Shown here: one piece after another, positions 38,102 to 52,469 of the stretch
How the letters are laid out: every line of letters begins with the position of its first letter
Position numbering within the stretch: the first letter of the stretch is position 1
Source of the DNA: Octopus vulgaris
Lineage: Eukaryota
DNA length: 64,000 nucleotides
Reading direction: 5' to 3'
Assembly: GCA_951406725.2 (NCBI GenBank)
Contig: OX597833.1
Coordinates: 42,346,001 to 42,410,000 of the forward strand
The notes under the pieces: generated by a model
The model's input: only the letters and a program-made list of their open reading frames with translations
Databases searched by the model: none
What the model was told of the DNA's origin: nothing
Program-made: the position numbers and the translations under genes

Positions 38102-40036
38102 TTGTTGTTGTTGTTATCATCATCATCATCATCATCATCATCACCATCACCACCACCACCACCACCATCACCATCACCATCATCATCATCATCATCATCA
38201 TCATCATTATTATTAAGGAAGCAAACTGGCAGAATTGTTAGCATGCCAGACAAATGCTTAGTGGCATTTTGTCTGTCTTTACATTCTGAGTTCAAATTCT
38301 GCCGAGGTTGACTTTGCCTTTCATCCCTTTGGGGGTCAATTAAATAAATACCAGTTGAACACTGGGGCTAATATAATTGAATTATGCCCTTTTTGAAATT
38401 ACTTGTCCCAAAATTTTAAACAACAAAAGCAACAACAACAGCCGCCGCCATTGCCACTGCCACTGTCTCTGCCACCACCACCACCACCACCACCACCACC
38501 ATTATCATTATTATTATTTTCTGCTGAGGTCAACTTTGCCTTTCATCCTTTCAGAGTTGATAAAAGAAGTACCAGTTGAGCACTGGGGTCAATGCAATCA
38601 ACTATCCCTCTCTCAATAAATTTTAAGCAGTGTGCCTATATTAGAAAGAATTTCTACTGCTTCTACTAAGGGAAATGGATAGTAGATTTACTCTCTCTTT
38701 TCTCTTTTACTCTTTTACTTGTTTCAGTCATTTGACTGCGGCCATGCTGGAGCACCACCTTTAGTCGAGCAAATCGACCCCAGGACTTATTCTTTGTAAG
38801 CCCAGTACTTATTCTATCAGTCTCTTTTTTTGCCGAACTGCTAAGTGACGGGAACGTAAACACACCAGCATCGGTTGTCAAGCAATGCTGGGGGGACAAA
38901 CACAGACACACAAACACACACATACATACATACATATATATATCATCATCATCATCATCATCATCATCATCGTTTAACGTCCGTTTTCCGCGCTACCACG
39001 GGTTGGACGGTTCGACCGGGGTAGCCAGGGCTGCCCCAGGCTCCAGTTGATCTGGCAGTGTTTCTACAGCTGGATGGCTTCCTAACGAATAAAACATATG
39101 CATATATATAAACATATACCTACCTCTACATGTACATATACACGCATATATGAGTACAGGACACCAAAGGGACGTCGAACACAAAGAGAAACGAAAACAT
39201 AGACACAAACCGTCTACCAAATCCACTCACAAGGCATTGGTCAGCCCGGGGCTATAGCAGAAGACACTTGCCCAAGATGCCACGCAGTGGGACTAAATCC
39301 GGAACCATGTGGTTGGTTAGCAAGCTACTTACCACACAGCCACTCCTGCGCCTATTGGTAGAATTGGTAGAGCATCAAACAGAATGCTTTGTAGTACTCA
39401 GTTATGTCCATTCACACACTCTTATTTTATATCCTTCCAGTGTTGGCTTTCTTTATTTCTTCAAGGATTCATAAAATAAGTTAAGTTTTGCATAGATTTT
39501 AATTGTATTTTTCTCACATTATTTGTGGTCACTTGTGCCAGAGCACTGGTCAGGGGATACATAACAACAGCAACAACAGCAATAGCACTGATACTGGAGG
39601 TCATCATCATCATTTATCATTCATTTTTCCATGCTTTGTTGAGGCATATTTTCTGTCTGGATGCCCTTACTGTTGCCAACCCTCACCTATTTCCAAGTAA
39701 AGTAATATTTCCTTTTGGTCAGACATATTTTTCATGGAAGAATGGAAAAGAACAACACCACTTGTATGATGGTGATGCTCGTTTACAACCATGTCATGAC
39801 AAGAATACACACAAACACACACATATACATGTATATACAATGGGCTTCTCTAAGTTTGCCTGCTACCAAATCCACTCACAAGGCTTTGGTTGGCCTGGGG
39901 CTATAAGTGACCAAGGTGTCTTTCAGGGGAAGTGAACTTGAGACAACATGGTTATCAACCACACAGCCATGACTGTGCCCATGATGATAATTTTGATGAT
40001 AGTGATAGTTATGATGATAATTATAAAAATGATTAC

Positions 40037-40126
40037 CCGAATTGGGGCCTGCTTGTTTCCCTTACACAATGCGTGAGATGTAAGTTCAAATTTTTTCCAT
40101 GTTGGATTCAAGTTATTCTTCACCAC
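40037..40126 (-). CDS. CPNE3: Copine coding exon 6 (VVKNNLNPTWKKFELTSHALCKGNKQAPIR)
   Basis: acag| acceptor, CGG|gtaatc donor, 90 nt. Confidence 0.94.
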
Positions 40127-40837
40127 CTGTAAGATAATAGAGAGAGAGAGAGAGACATATAGAACAGGTAAATAATGGAATACTGAAACAACAATAGCAA
40201 CAGTTGTACAAGCCAATCAAAGGAGCTTCTATGTAGCTGCTTAACCTGCTAGAAACAACAACTATACCTCTCTCAAATTGCATCTTACTGTCTTAAAAAA
40301 GAAAGAACACACTGGAAAATGTAGTCTCAGATACATTTTGTCTGAATGAAAGATGGTATGGTCATGACTGGAACACTCATGATCACAGTCATGTACCAGT
40401 CTGGAGCTAAAAAACAACATCACCAACCTATGAGAGTTTATGCCGTCACCTGCTTACTAGAAATAGCTGTTAACTCTCTTTCAAATCACACCTCACAGTT
40501 TCAAAAAGAGAGGACACATTAGATAATTTAGTCACAGACTTGGTATATCTGAATAAAAGATGGGATTGTCACATTTGGATTCCTTTTGGTAATTAATTAA
40601 TTAGTTTGCTGGATCGGTGTTCGTGTGTCTAAACATAAACAGCAACACAAACAGTCATTTGACTGCGGCCATGCTGGAGCACCACCTTTAGTCGAGCAAA
40701 TCGACCCCGGGACTTATTCTTTGTAAGCCCCGTACTTATTCTATCGGTCTCTTTTGCCAAACCGCTAAGTGACGGGGACGTAAACACACCAGCATCGGTT
40801 GTCAAGCAATGCTAGGGGGACAAACACAGACACACAA

Positions 40838-40892
<55 letters not shown>

Positions 40893-41756
40893 TATGACAG
40901 GCTTCTTTCAGTTTCCGTCTACCAAAGCCACTCACAAGGCATTGATTGGCCCAAGACTATAGCAGAAAACATTTGCCCAAGATGCCATGCAGTGGGACTG
41001 AACCTGGAACCATGTGGTTGGTAAGCAAGCTACTTACCACACAGCCACTCCTGCGCCTATACCGATGCACTATTTTGAAAAAGGAAGGACAAAATAAACA
41101 ATACAGTCCTGGATACATGCTTTACAAATAAGATGGAACGGTCAAAGCGAGAATGCTTTGGTCATGGATCTGCTTAATCAGAGCTAACCTGAAGCTAAAC
41201 AACAACAATGATAAAAAAGAAAATGGCTACATAGATGAAACCTGATCTCTTCATTATTGGGTTATACTATTACTCCCTGAACCAAGTAATAAGATATAAC
41301 ACTACATCGTTATTGCATTATTACTGAATGCAGACTCTCTTCATCCAGAACCTATGTCTTACTACCATCACAACATTGCACTTTGTACACAACCCAACCT
41401 ATGTATAATATGCAGGAGGATGTAGAGTGTTTCCTCAAATCATTGAAGCCCACTCCTTCACCTGCAAATTCAGTTTCAGATAACACACACACACACAAAC
41501 ACAAACATACGTACGTATGTATTTATGTATATACATATATACGTTAGCTCTTTGTTCCTGTCCATTACAAATTCGCTGACTACAACATACATGTGATCAC
41601 AAAAACACAAATTTCATAACTTGCAAAGTAAACACGATATTACTAGACACATTGCCTCATGAAGGTCACTGCTAGCTCTCACTGCATACATAACCATGTG
41701 CTGCCATCTGTTGGTATGCTACAGGACTAGACTGGGAAAATTTTGATACGACCTCA

Positions 41757-42017
<261 letters not shown>

Positions 42018-42294
42018 CTACTAATAAAAGTAGTTTCTAATTTAGGAACAATACCTGTGGAGAAATTGATCAGCACCATTGACCCTAATCCTTGATTAGT
42101 ACTTTATTTTATTGACCCTGAAAGGATGAAAGGCAAAGTCAACCTCAGTGGGATTTGAACACTGAACCTAAAGAGTTGGAAAAATATTGCAAAATACATT
42201 TTCCAACATTCTAATGGTTCTCTCAATCCACCTCCCTCACTACTATGACCTCATGTAATCTCAAAGTAGATTCATTATACATGATTTACAGGTA

Positions 42295-42860
42295 TTGGGT
42301 TGTCTGGAAAGCTCGTGTCAATTTTTAAAGGACAGAAAAAGGTCAATAAATACTTGTTATTACATTTTTAATCAACCAAATATGAACCATTTTGTTGAAC
42401 AATGCGTCTCCATCTTTCCTTTAACTTGAAAATACCCTCTTTCCAGAACTGAGGTGGTTTCATGGCAAAGAATTCATCAAGGTATCTTTTTACGTCATCC
42501 AAGGAATTGAAATTTTTAACATTAAGACTATTCTGCAGAGACCCGAATAAGTAGAAATCCGAAGGAGCAATATCTGGTGAATATGGAGGGTGGGGTAACA
42601 CATACCAGCTGAGCTGCAGCAATTTTTGTCTGGTTCCCGAAGCATCAAGTGCTCAAAATGAAATTTCTTATCTTCCATTTTAAAGGGTTACAGAATTAAC
42701 ACAGGTTATAGGAACATAAACCTTCTTCCACGAAAAGATAGCTTAAACTGTGCTCTAAATGGAGGTGTAGTCAAATCGTATTTTATGGACTCAACCATGT
42801 TCTAAAATAAGTCGAAAGGTAAGCTGCAATAAATTGGCATAAACTTTCCGGACAACCCAA
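42295..42860 (-). mobile_element. Mariner deletion derivative
   Basis: TA-flanked TIRs ttgggttgtctggaaag / ctttccggacaacccaa; HPPYSPDIAPSDFYLF..LQN.L...F...GI.KL.ERW motif. Confidence 0.92.
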
Positions 42861-43560
42861 TACAATAGATCTTGTATAATTACATTAAGCAGGTGCATTC
42901 TGATTTCAAATTCTGTAGAGGTCAACATTCCTTTTCATTTTTTTAGGATTGATAAAATAAAGTACTAGCTGTGCACTAGGGTTGATCTGATTAGCCTCAC
43001 TCTCAAAATTTCAAGCCTTGCTTATAGAAGAAAGAATTTTTATGCTAAGTGAATGAGTATTCCCAAAACACTTATATTCTTTTCACAATCCTTAGGTAAA
43101 TTCAGTGTAACAGATTGTTATAAGACTGGGGCTTTGAATTACAAGTATGGTCTCTATATGTGTTATCCATGGTGAATACAGAGAGCACAATAATTCACTC
43201 ACCAACAAAATAATCTTTAATTCTCTTCATCTCTTCTACAACTAGTATGAGGATTGGTTTGCACTAGTCATTTGAATATCTCTTTCTACTCTGTCTCTCC
43301 CAACACATCTACCTCTTCTTCTTGCATCATTTCTACTATGTTTCAGTCCTCTAAATTCTCATACTAAAATTAATTCACCCAATTATTAAAAACTTCCTTC
43401 TAGCCCATTCCTGCAGTCTCCTTCTCTAACTTATAAAATACATATGTACAAAGTACTTAAATTAGTTAGTCAAAATTGGTGACAATGTTTTTGACATTAA
43501 GAATATTGAAAATGAGAGACAAGAAAATCAAGGTGAAAATAGCATTAGAAAGTGATTTAC

Positions 43561-43635
43561 TTTATCATCAAGTTTCTTGGCTTTAAAACTCAACTGAACC
43601 AATTCTGTTTTCTCCGTGACTTCTTCAGCAGACAC
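43561..43635 (-). CDS. CPNE3: Copine coding exon 4 (VSAEEVTEKTELVQLSFKAKKLDDK)
   Basis: ttcag| acceptor, AAA|gtaaat donor, 75 nt; copine AEE...A.KLD.K motif. Confidence 0.93.
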
Positions 43636-43876
43636 CTGAAATTATTTTCAGAAAGATAGAAATTTTAGTAGACTGTTATGATATACATGCAAGCGTTATT
43701 AAATCTAAAGTTTAGAATTTTACATAGATGGAGAAAAACCAGAAAAAACTTGTAGTGCATGATATAAAAATCATACATACAAAACAATTAAGTTGTGTTG
43801 CTGAAGATTGAATATGTTTCCATTTGTGATGTATTCCAAGGAATGGGAAGACATTATGTATTGTGAATGAGAAATA

Positions 43877-44195
43877 AAAAACGATAAACGTCGCCCTTTT
43901 CAAGCCTAGCCAGGCTCATGGGCCCGGTTTCCCGATTCCTGTGGCATATGTGTTCCCCCCAGCTGGACGGGACACCAGTCCATCACAGTGGCATTCAAGA
44001 AACAGGAAGAGAGAGTGAGAAAAAGTTGTGGCGAAAGAGTACAACAGGGGTTGCTCCACCCCCTGCTGGAGCCTCGTGGAGCTTTTAGGTGTTTTTGCTC
44101 AATAAACACAGACAACGCCCGGTTTGGGAATCGAAACCGCGATCCTACGACCATCAGTCCACTGCCCTAACCACTAGGCCATTGCACGTCCACAA
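43877..44195 (-). mobile_element. tRNA-derived SINE (distinct family) with TSD
   Basis: Minus-strand head tggcctagtggttaggg...ggtttcgattccc; flanking duplication tgtgaatgagaaata. Confidence 0.8.
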
Positions 44196-45511
44196 TGTGT
44201 GAATGAGAAATACCAGACAGAAAATATAAAAGGAAAAGGAGTTAAATGCAAAAGCTCAATGGTGTTTTTGTGGCAGTTACCAACCCCAAAAGAACTCAAG
44301 TTGTTAGCTTATCAGTCAGACATACTGTAAAAGTGAATGTCTCTGCCCCTTCTCCTCCAATAAAGTAACATCATAATTCATGCCGAACTATAAGTAAATG
44401 GATTCTCTATTGGTTTCACTGATGAGTGTTCCAGTTATTCAATTAATAATACTTGTAATGGTTAGTTCTTCATTGCAGTCAAGGGTCACCAATTGTAATG
44501 GTTGTGTTGTTAAGGTGTTGGTTGCCAGTATGCAAGATGGAAGAAGAATAGTGATCAAAGTTGTAAAGAAATATTTATTTATCGTTACTTTGTATATATC
44601 CAAAACCATGACAGGTTGGTATGTATAATTAGTAAATGGAAAAACATACGAGGTAAAAAGAGTTAATTTTGGCCAGTATGTGTGTACACGTTCTCATAAT
44701 AGTATGTATAGAGAGATATGGTAATGCTACAGAGAAAAGAAAGTGAGTTAGTGAAAGAGAGAGTGGTGGGACAAAACAACTGCTTTGTTGGTGAGTTACC
44801 ATAGTTGTCCCTTTGTGCCTCTACTTACTCCCTCCACAACATATAATAATTTATGAGCTAAAAATTGTTAAAAAAAAAAACGTTAAGAAGAAATATAATA
44901 GTCTAAGAAAAGTCAGTTTAGTATTTAAACTTATGATGACATCACTGAATAATGAAAGAATACAAAATAAACAGAGATTCTACATCACAGCATTTAGCTA
45001 TCTAGTTATTTACATATGCTAAAAAAATTTAGAAAAATTATGTTTATTAGATTATATAAAGAGCAATTATAAATAAAGCCATTAATTACTAAAGGAATAT
45101 TCAAATGCTTTTTTATATTCATGTGAATATTTGGTTCTACAATTTCATGTTAACTTTGAAGCAATTATATAACATATTTCCTCTAAGCAAAAATCACATT
45201 TAAAATAACCGGTATTATACAATAGAACATAACTAATATTGGATCATGTAATATTGTAGTTAATGTTTCTGTCTTTTAAATCCCAAATGGATTTACTAAG
45301 ATTTGTTGAATTACATTTTCTTCTAAGCTTAAATGAAGAAGAATGGTTGTGTAATCTAGATTTCCAAATTGTAGCAGAAAAACCTTTGTAATAATAATAC
45401 ACACAATCCCTTTCAATTACCTTACACTGATGTAGTATATTCTTCCTTAAACAACGATTTTCTAAAGGACATATAATTTTGTTTTTGAAATTACGAAGGT
45501 ATATTCACTTG

Positions 45512-45547
<36 letters not shown>

Positions 45548-45592
45548 TATATATATATACATATATATACATATACATACATACATATATAC

Positions 45593-45637
<45 letters not shown>

Positions 45638-45673
45638 GAATGAAAGACAGAAGATGGAATATGCGAGAATATA

Positions 45674-45789
45674 TTATTAATCACAACAATTGTTTCGACA
45701 CATCTAGCATCGACTCCAATTGTGGGACACCCCAAAACTAGTTCAGGAGTATCCAGTGGTACAAACATATCTCGTCGGGTGATAAATAA
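45674..45789 (-). ncRNA. Degenerate minimal type I hammerhead in a Penelope-like terminus
   Basis: Minus strand ttatttATCAC-CCGACGA-GATAT...GTGTC-GAAAC-aatt-GTT-GTGATtaataa; core U->C and GUC->GUU; the homologous half-copy at 1423-1440(+) keeps GAAACAATTGTC. Confidence 0.65.
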
Positions 45790-46345
45790 ATAAAAACTTT
45801 CGTTAAAATGACTGTTCCATAACGCAACTTTCCGTTTTGTAGAGAGAAAAACAGCCAGATGGAGGAAAATTCTTCATATATATAGAAGATCCAAAAATAA
45901 AATTGCAGAAGACAAAAAGAGAAATGAACACTTAATCCAGCGAGTAAAGTAAAATTGAGTATTCTATAGCCTCTTGTACCCTTACTGTCACACACTGGCA
46001 GAATCAGTATGACAGTGTATAACAAAGTGAGCCTTCCAAATTACAGATACAGTTTGTCTTGTGTTATAGTATTAATGGCAACATATTCAAACAGACAACT
46101 GTATGCTTAATGTAATTCTTTAAGAATATCTATGTGAAATGATATGTCATAAGGCTGGCCTTTTCAATTACAGATACAGTCCAGCCAATGTTCTTCTACA
46201 CAATTTCACTCAAGGCTTGGACTGATCTGAGGTTATAGTACAGTGTAATTGGATTGGGGAAAGAAATTTCTTAAAAAATTCAACCTTCATGCTTAACACT
46301 GAATCCTCAACATTAATGAATGTCATAAAATTGTTAGATACTCAC

Positions 46346-46420
46346 AGTAATAAAACTCTTTTCATATGGTTTTCCTTTCTGGTTGACTAATTTTTTGGTC
46401 AAAGGTCCACCCGAGACAAG
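46346..46420 (-). CDS. CPNE3: Copine coding exon 3 (LVSGGPLTKKLVNQKGKPYEKSFIT)
   Basis: ttgcag| acceptor, ACT|gtgagt donor, 75 nt; fills the expected end of C2A. Confidence 0.88.
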
Positions 46421-46509
46421 CTGCAATGACAGAGATAAAACCTATGTATAGCATATAGTCTTACTAATAAAGTATAGTTACTGATCATACACATGCATAC
46501 ATACTTACA

Positions 46510-46548
<39 letters not shown>

Positions 46549-46550
<2 letters not shown>

Positions 46551-46913
46551 GCACCTGTGCCGGTAGCACGTAAAAAGCACCCACTATACTCACGGAGTGG
46601 TTGGCATTAGGAAGGGCATCCAGCTGTAGAAACACTGCCAGATCAGACTGGCTCCTGGCTTCTCAGACCCCGGTCAAACCATCCAACCCATGCTAGCATG
46701 GAAAGCGGACGTTAAACGATGATGATGATGATATATATATATATATATATACCATCATCATCATCATCATCATCGTTTAACGTCCGTTTTCCATGCTAGC
46801 ATGGGTTGGATGGTTCAACTGGGGTCTGGGGAGCCCGAAGGCTGCACCAGGCCAGTCAGATCTGGCAGTGTTTCTACAGCTGGATGCCCTTCCTAACGCC
46901 AACCACTCTGAGA

Positions 46914-46916
<3 letters not shown>
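46549..46916. mobile_element. Tail-to-tail inverted pair of RTE 3' ends around a (TA)n spacer
   Basis: 46549-46732(+) and 46755-46916(-). Confidence 0.85.
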
Positions 46917-46966
<50 letters not shown>

Positions 46967-47066
46967 TAAATTCTAGGGTAGCAAAAAATTTAGAAAATTT
47001 CTTTGCTACCAGTAGTCTAGCGAGAAGAAAAAAAATCAGTCAATAGACTATATATTATTCATATAA

Positions 47067-47449
<383 letters not shown>

Positions 47450-47589
47450 TTTATATATATATATTTTATATACAAGTAAGTGGACAAACAAAAGAAGAGC
47501 ACTCAAGACATATATTGGGAGTTACACATATGAATCAAAATAGTTTGATTGAAATTCCATGGAACTTCAAGTTTCAAAGCATAAAAATA

Positions 47590-47903
47590 ATGCTTATTGT
47601 TGGCCATTGGAAATTTGAATAAGAAATCAGTTGGAGAAAGTCCAATGTTGTTACCAATAGATGGGCTTCCATTGGTTGAGAAAAGTCATGTAGTATCACA
47701 GTTTGATGCTGGTATTTCAGTCACAAGAATTACTTGTTCACCATGCAGTATCTTTCCATGTAATTGTTGTCACTGAAATAGTAACATCAAACTGTGACAC
47801 CATGTGACCCTTCTTGACCAATTGCAGCCCATCTATTGGTAGCAACATCAGACTTTCCCCAACTGATTTCTTATTCAAATTTCTAATGGTCAGTGATAAG
47901 CGT
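47590..47903. mobile_element. Fold-back MITE-like palindrome (~140-bp arms)
   Basis: ccattggaaatttgaataagaaatcagttgg... / ...ccaactgatttcttattcaaatttctaatgg. Confidence 0.8.
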
Positions 47904-48028
47904 CATCTCATGCATTGAAACTTTAAGTACCATGGAATTTGAATCAAAATGTTGATCCATACACACACACACACAAGACACACTACATGTGTGTGTGTAT
48001 ATATCATCATCGGTTAATGTCCGCTTTC

Positions 48029-48085
<57 letters not shown>

Positions 48086-48125
48086 CATTATTATTATTAT
48101 TAAAGTACTGTACTTCATTACACAC

Positions 48126-48305
48126 CTGACCAAGTGTACACTCAAAACTGCCAAGAAAGTCATCATCATCGAGTGTTGATGTTGCATTATCAACATCATA
48201 GACACAAATCTTGATTTTTTGAACCGTTTCAAAGTAGTATTTCATGCCAATAGCTGTAGAGAACTGTGGATTCAGGTTGTTGTTGATTTTCTCAGTTCTT
48301 CCTAT
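48126..48305 (-). CDS. CPNE3: Copine coding exon 2 (IGRTEKINNNLNPQF...DDDDFLGSFECTLGQ)
   Basis: ttcag| acceptor, CAG|gtgtg donor, 180 nt, C2A motifs. Confidence 0.95.
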
Positions 48306-49176
48306 CTGAAATTGCCAATACATAGATGAAACAGAATTAATACTCATGAATGCAAAACCAAAATACTTTATGGTATAATCCTCCAAATGATTTAAGTACT
48401 AGTTCTAATATCGCCAAGATTTTCCTAACCTTTATAAATAAGCATTTTCCTACAAAACAAAGTTATAAAGAGTCAAAACTATTGAAAAGGTTGCAAGATG
48501 CAATGAAACTTTTAGGAAAATAAAAATAAGAAATAAGTGGAAATTTTACCAGTGAGTGTTTTAAATTATAAGGCACAAAAAGAAAATGACTCTCCCCAGA
48601 TACAATAGATTATGCTTCAACACACGAACTCATATAAAGAATGTTGCAAACCAAATTCTAAAACCAAAAGTTATAATATCTTAGACAGAAACAGAGTTAT
48701 GGTGACTAGTTTCACCCAAACCTTGATGGCTTATATACAGAAGAAAAATTTCCAGGACAAGCTTGTAAAATTCTGCTTCACTATGTAATTAAAACCCTTA
48801 TATTCCCTATTTCAATTGCATGTCTTTTTCTAACTTTTAAATATTTTAAGTTCCCTTAAAAACATACACATACGCATGCACACATACACACGCACACACA
48901 CATTATTTTGCTATATATCTTTTATCTTTTATTTGTCTCAGTCATTTAACTGTGGCCATGCTGGGGCACTACCTTGAAGAAGTTTAGCCGAATGAATTGA
49001 CTTAAGTACTCATCTTTTTTAAAATCCTGGTACTTATTCCATCAGTCTCTTTTTCCCAAACCACTAAGTTATTTATGTAATCAATTGCCAAACTGCAAGG
49101 ATATTTATTTATTTAACCATTTGTTCTATGATCATTTTGACTCCTGGTTATCTTTGGGTGCAGTAATACATGCAAA

Positions 49177-49505
49177 GTGAGGGCGCGAGGCTTAGTGGTT
49201 AGGGCATTCGGCTCATGATCGTAAGGTTGTGAGTTCGATTCCCGGCGACGCGTTGTGTCCTTGAGCAAGACACTTTATTTCACGTTGCTCCAGTCCACTC
49301 AGCTGGCAAAAATGAGTTGTACTTGTATTTCAAAGGGTCAGCCTTGTCACTCTCTGTGTCACGCTGATTATCCCCGAGAACTACGTTAAGGGTACACGTG
49401 TCTGTGGAATGCTCAGCCATTTGCACGTTAATTTCACGAGCAAGCTGTTCCGTTGATCGTATCAGCTGGGACCCTCGTCGTCGTAACCGGCGGAGTCTTT
49501 TTTTT
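49177..49505 (+). mobile_element. Full-length young SINE family C with TSD
   Basis: A-box ggcttagtgg, B-box gagttcgattccc, TSD aatacatgcaa; older copies at 59270-59530 and 61374-61690. Confidence 0.9.
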
Positions 49506-50804
49506 AAATACATGCAACCATACCTCATCTTACATTGCTAATTGGTTCCAAGATATATGAACTCAACTTGAAAAACAATGTAACACAGAAAACGTTTTTA
49601 AAGCATGTCCCCACAAAGTAATAGTACAGTAATAGTGATGTAAAGGTTATAAATTGTATAGTTAATAGTGGTAAAGTTACTAGTAGTCATATAAGTGATG
49701 GCAATTAATTTTTTTTATCAGTAATTATAGGCGTAGGAGTGGCTTGCTTACCAACCACATGGTTCCGATTTCAGTCCCAATGCATGGCACCTTGGGCATG
49801 TGTCTTCTACTATAGTCTCGGGCCGACCAAAGCCTTGTGAGTGGATTTGGTAGACAGAAACCGAAAGAAGCCTGTCATATATATGTATGTATATATATAT
49901 ATATGTATATGTGTGTGCATATGTTTGTGTGTCTGTGTTTGTCCCCCCTAACATCGCTTGACAACCAATGCTGGTGTGTTTACATTCCCGTAACTTAGCC
50001 GTTCGGCAAAAGAGACCGATAGAATAAGTACTAGGCTTACAAAGAATAAGTCCTGGGGCCGATTTGCTCGACTAAAAGGCAGTGCTCCAGCATGGCCACA
50101 GTCAAATGACTGAAACAAGTAAAAGAGAGTAATAAACCTATGGTAACAGAGAAAGGACAAAAATTCTATTCGAGAGAAAATACATAACATATAATTTCCT
50201 GTCTTACACAGATAAACTAGGGCAGGAATAGCTAAGAAAACACACATGCTCTGAAGCAGATCTTCTTTAAAGCAGGTTTTATATATGAAAGCCGTCAGTT
50301 CATTCTGTAAGGTAGATGGTGTTAGGAAGTTGGTGATTTTAGATGTTTTTTAAAAAAATATTTTATACTCTTAAATATGTTTATTGAGACTGATATAAAG
50401 TCAGAAAAATTTACTAAAGCTGAAGTTTATTTTTTTCTGTAAATTTGTTAAAAATAAAGACGTAAAATTGAGAAAGATGTAACTTGAAATGACGTATGTT
50501 GAGGTATATCTGTACTTATTTTGCCTAGTTAATATATGGGTACATTTCTGTGTGCAAGTTCATGTGTGTGTGTGCATGTGAGTAAGTACATGTGTGTGTG
50601 TGCATGTGTGTTTGCCTCCAGCACTAAAAAAGTACTGTTGCCAAAATAAGCAGAATATTCAGTCAGCCATGCTAAAAATCAGCACCCAATCATCTCATTC
50701 TATGCACTTTCAGCCTTGGTAAATATTTCTATGCATATACTACTTGCATAGATACAGACACACAACCATAGCCATATAACGGATATCATTGTATAAACAT
50801 ATAC

Positions 50805-50969
50805 CTCACTCCATTTTGCACCTTCGAAGAGATACAATGCAGCACATGGGTCAGATTTTGATGTGACATCCTTGTTCACTAGGTCCTTACAATGGATACG
50901 GATCTCCACCTGGCTGGCACATTCTTGGGCAGGAGGTGCCTGAGCGGGAACGTTTGGGTACAGGGACAT
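50805..50969 (-). CDS. CPNE3: Copine coding exon 1 (MSLYPNV...KDVTSKSDPCAALYLFEGAKWSE), C2A start
   Basis: ATG at 50969 just after acceptor ttttcag| (exon starts 50983); donor GAG|gtat; 165 nt. Confidence 0.9.
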
Positions 50970-51321
50970 GATGTTTTTGACTTCTGAAAAGACTAAGAAA
51001 AAAGACAAATCAAATAGGATGTAATCAGAGAATTTTCATCGTAACAATAACAATAACAACAACAATAAGCATCATCATCATCCCTCCACCATTCCGTTTA
51101 CTAATACTATACTACAACTACTACCACCAGTATTACCTTGCTCTCTAATATCATAAATATGATAAAACGCCTTGTATTTACTCTCTGCTTTTAAGTGTAA
51201 TGAGTTTTTGGGTGGTAAACTTGATCTGCTGTGGAGGGACATAGCTTGGTGGTTAGGGTGTTGGACTCATGATCATAAAATGGTGGTTTCGATTTCTGGA
51301 CTGGGCGATGCATTGTGTCCT

Positions 51322-51595
51322 TGGTTCAAGTTCCCCAATTCAAATTCATAATAATGGAATTGGATGGCAACAGAAAGTCATGGGAATCTGCAAAAAGTAT
51401 ATGCGAAGGTCTTGAAGTATAACATATAGGGTCATGTGCCCTATCCTCACCTCTCTGACCCTGTGTGTGTTGATGTGTATAAATATATATGCCAGCACCT
51501 ACATACACACACGCATATGCTTTTTGCAGATTCCCATGACTTTCTGTTGCCATCCAATTTCATTATTATGAATTTGAATTGGGGAACTTGAACCA
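51322..51595. repeat. 84-bp inverted repeat with ~105-bp spacer
   Basis: tggttcaagttccccaattc...aaaaagtatatgcg / cgcatatgctttttg...ggggaacttgaacca. Confidence 0.9.
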
Positions 51596-51890
51596 TAATG
51601 AATCTTTCATTAGCTGATTACAAAACCATGGATGCATTGCAGCTACTCTCTTAATAGAGTTTTCTGATCCTAACCATTGATCTTCAAGGATTCCTCCACT
51701 CAGCATCAATGAAATAAGGACCATTGACTCGGTTCAGCTCTTCCACTACATCTTCACAATCCACCATAGTGCAGTCCCATAACTTCATCGTATCCTTGGT
51801 AGGTTGGCTGAATGGGTGCTATGCCTTGCCAAAGAGAAGCTCGTAATACTCAAATTTGGATATGCGGGTATTTAAAATATATATATATAA

Positions 51891-52123
51891 GGGCGGCGAG
51901 CCGGCAGAAACGTTAGCACGCTGGGCGAAAGGCGTAGCCGTATTTCGTCTGCCGTTAAGTGTTCTGGGTTCAAATTCCGCCAAGGTCGACTTTGCCTTTC
52001 ATCCTTTCGGGGTCGATAAATTAAGTACCAGTTATGCACTGGGGTCAATGTAATCGACTTAATCCCTTTGTCTGTCCTTGTTTGTCCCCTCTATGTTTAG
52101 CCCTTTGTGAGTAGTAAAGAAAT
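51891..52123 (+). mobile_element. SINE family B
   Basis: Full consensus match, inserted in (TA)n. Confidence 0.85.
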
Positions 52124-52469
52124 ATATATATATATACACATGTATGTATGTATAAATTAAGAAATGCAGTCAAATACAGGTATTATTCAAATCATTTATA
52201 CTTCCAACATATGTTTTGGAATTTTCTGGATGGAGTATAAATGATGTAAAACAATGCAATCATAATTGTTAGCATGCTGAAGAAAATGCTTAGCAGCATT
52301 TTGTCTGTCTTCACATTCTGAGTTCAAATCCTGCCGAAGTTAACTTTACCTTTCATCCTTTTGGTGTTGATAAAATAAGTACCAGTTGAGCAATGGGGCT
52401 GATGTAATGAATTTATCCCTTTCCTCGAAATTGTTGGCCTTGTATCAAAATTTGAAACCAATATTATGT

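Noticed and set aside
44418-44440. CTGATGAG motif
   Set aside because: No downstream stem II-GAAA; lies in a possible but unconfirmed old Penelope-like remnant.
49177-49250. tRNA gene
   Set aside because: The tRNA-like A/B boxes are the head of a TSD-flanked SINE present in several copies.
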